NCBI RefSeq assembly: GCF_002571385.2
Contig: NW_019217985.1
Span: 383,921 to 447,920 of the forward strand
DNA: 64,000 nt
Direction: 5' to 3'
From: Stylophora pistillata
Lineage: Eukaryota
The position numbers and the translations under genes were made by a program. Below the pieces are notes generated by a model. That model worked only from the letters and a program-made list of their open reading frames with translations, did no database searches and was not told the origin of the DNA. This document shows positions 62,721 to 64,000 of this stretch, piece after piece (within the stretch, counting starts at the first letter, position 1; every line of letters starts with the position of its first letter).

Positions 62721-63342
62721 TTAAAATTCCTCCTCGCTCTCCTTGATTCGTTCCTTGGAGAGATAAGCAAACTTTTCAAGCACTTCGTCGACCGTCTTCT
62801 CTCCGTGAACTTTATTGTCGCGGGTACGGACATTGACCGTGTTCGAATTTTCTTCCTTTTCACCCACAACTGAAAGAGAACACAAAGGAAGAGTTTTTAA
62901 CGCTGAAGGACTTACATCTGTCGGATATAAGGGACCTTAAGCAAACCGCAACAGCAAGAGCAACGACTAGGAAATAATAGCTCAACGCGTCCTTTTTATA
63001 ATTCTGTACATTTTCCAACCAACAAAGTGACATCGCCAAATTAGGCGTGGTTTAAGAGCGACAACCCAGACGACAAAATAGTTACGTTTCTCATTGAAAC
63101 TCAACTCTGTTCACAAAAGTCATGCTGAAGCTGAAGTGTAGCTCCGTGAGAGACTGTTCAGACATTTAGCCGTTCGTCAAATCCTTAAGAATAGAAATCA
63201 ATGTTATTCTTAAGAATTTCGCATTACCAAATATGAAGTTGTACTGGGCAAGCTGTGCGTTCCTGATCTTCTTGTTCAGTGTAGTGCCATGGTCAAGGTC
63301 AACATCGGCCTGATACCCTGCACTGAAAACGGTCTTCTTCAC
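62721..63342 (-). CDS. TARS1: Threonyl-tRNA synthetase (cytoplasmic), last two exons 63342-63228 and 62869-62721; the gene continues beyond the window
   Basis: Anticodon-binding domain: VDLDHGTTLNKKIRNAQLAQYNFIF|VVGEKEENSNTVNVRTRDNKVHGE...KESEEEF*; canonical splice sites. Confidence 0.95.
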
Positions 63343-64000
63343 CTGCAAAACAAAATACGACACCAATATAACACAATTTCTGATTTTAAATCCTCACTTT
63401 TGACTGTAAGAGAAATTTGAGATCAAGTGTCCAACGTAATCAGCAGGGTTTTCAATGACTTTTCTCTATAAATGGCAGTTACCGATGTTGTAACAGGCGG
63501 TGAAACCGTAAGGGGAAACCCAAACATGAGAGCTTGCTCAATGGCGGCGGACCCTTACACGCACATAAAACTTGTCGACACTGTGGAAGAGTTTTCATTA
63601 AGTCCTTGTAAAATGCAAGGAATGGGAAGATCCCCGCAAGTTACTTAAATCTTTCCTACTGGGAAGCTTGGATCCACGTCCAGATATAATACTTCCTTTC
63701 TAAGAAGTAAATTACGGCCGCTAGCAAACCCGATGAGAACTATCGGCACGAGACTCTGAGCGCTTGGGTAGCAGTCACCCAGTAAAGATATAAGGTCGTG
63801 AACATTTATCGTGATGAAATAGTCAGCATTGATGGCGGAGTTTCGTCTCCACACATATACATCGATTAGCGACCATTGTGAAGTGTGGTCATACACACTA
63901 CTAGACATGCTCTAACGAGGAATGGCGCCACAAGTAGGCATGGAATAACATTTAAATATATTCACAGACCTTGATTGCATAGTCTTCGTACTTAGGAGAA

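Noticed and set aside
63645-63908. 87-aa minus-strand ORF
   Set aside because: Lies in a TARS1 intron with no ThrRS similarity.

Overview
AT-rich, intron-containing animal genomic DNA. The repeat content (tRNA-derived SINEs, spliced Harbinger transposase, palindromic MITEs) suggests a scleractinian coral or other anthozoan; this is inference. The window is dominated by a cluster of four spliced paralogous genes, A (-), B (-), C (+) and D (-), plus an internally deleted fifth copy at the left edge. All four share an acidic N-terminal exon and a ~140-aa domain I cannot name (LKD[VI]Y[DE]K...R[CT]xEAA...LxS[VA]Y...Y[ERW]L...FR[VI]xxK) that looks like an Ig-fold DNA-binding domain. A and B are soluble and end in a CX2CX12HX5C zinc finger. 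C and D instead carry an NLS, a short beta-helix-like stalk, a domain resembling the phage tailspike Peptidase_G2 intramolecular chaperone, a coiled coil, one transmembrane helix and a Cys-containing luminal domain with N-glycosylation sequons. This is a MYRF-like membrane-tethered transcription-factor architecture apparently built on a different phage chaperone family. Gene C has an in-frame TAA upstream of its membrane anchor. The 3' end of cytosolic threonyl-tRNA synthetase lies at the right edge. Gene models were built by hand from GT-AG sites, exon phase and paralog alignment; no database searches were run.
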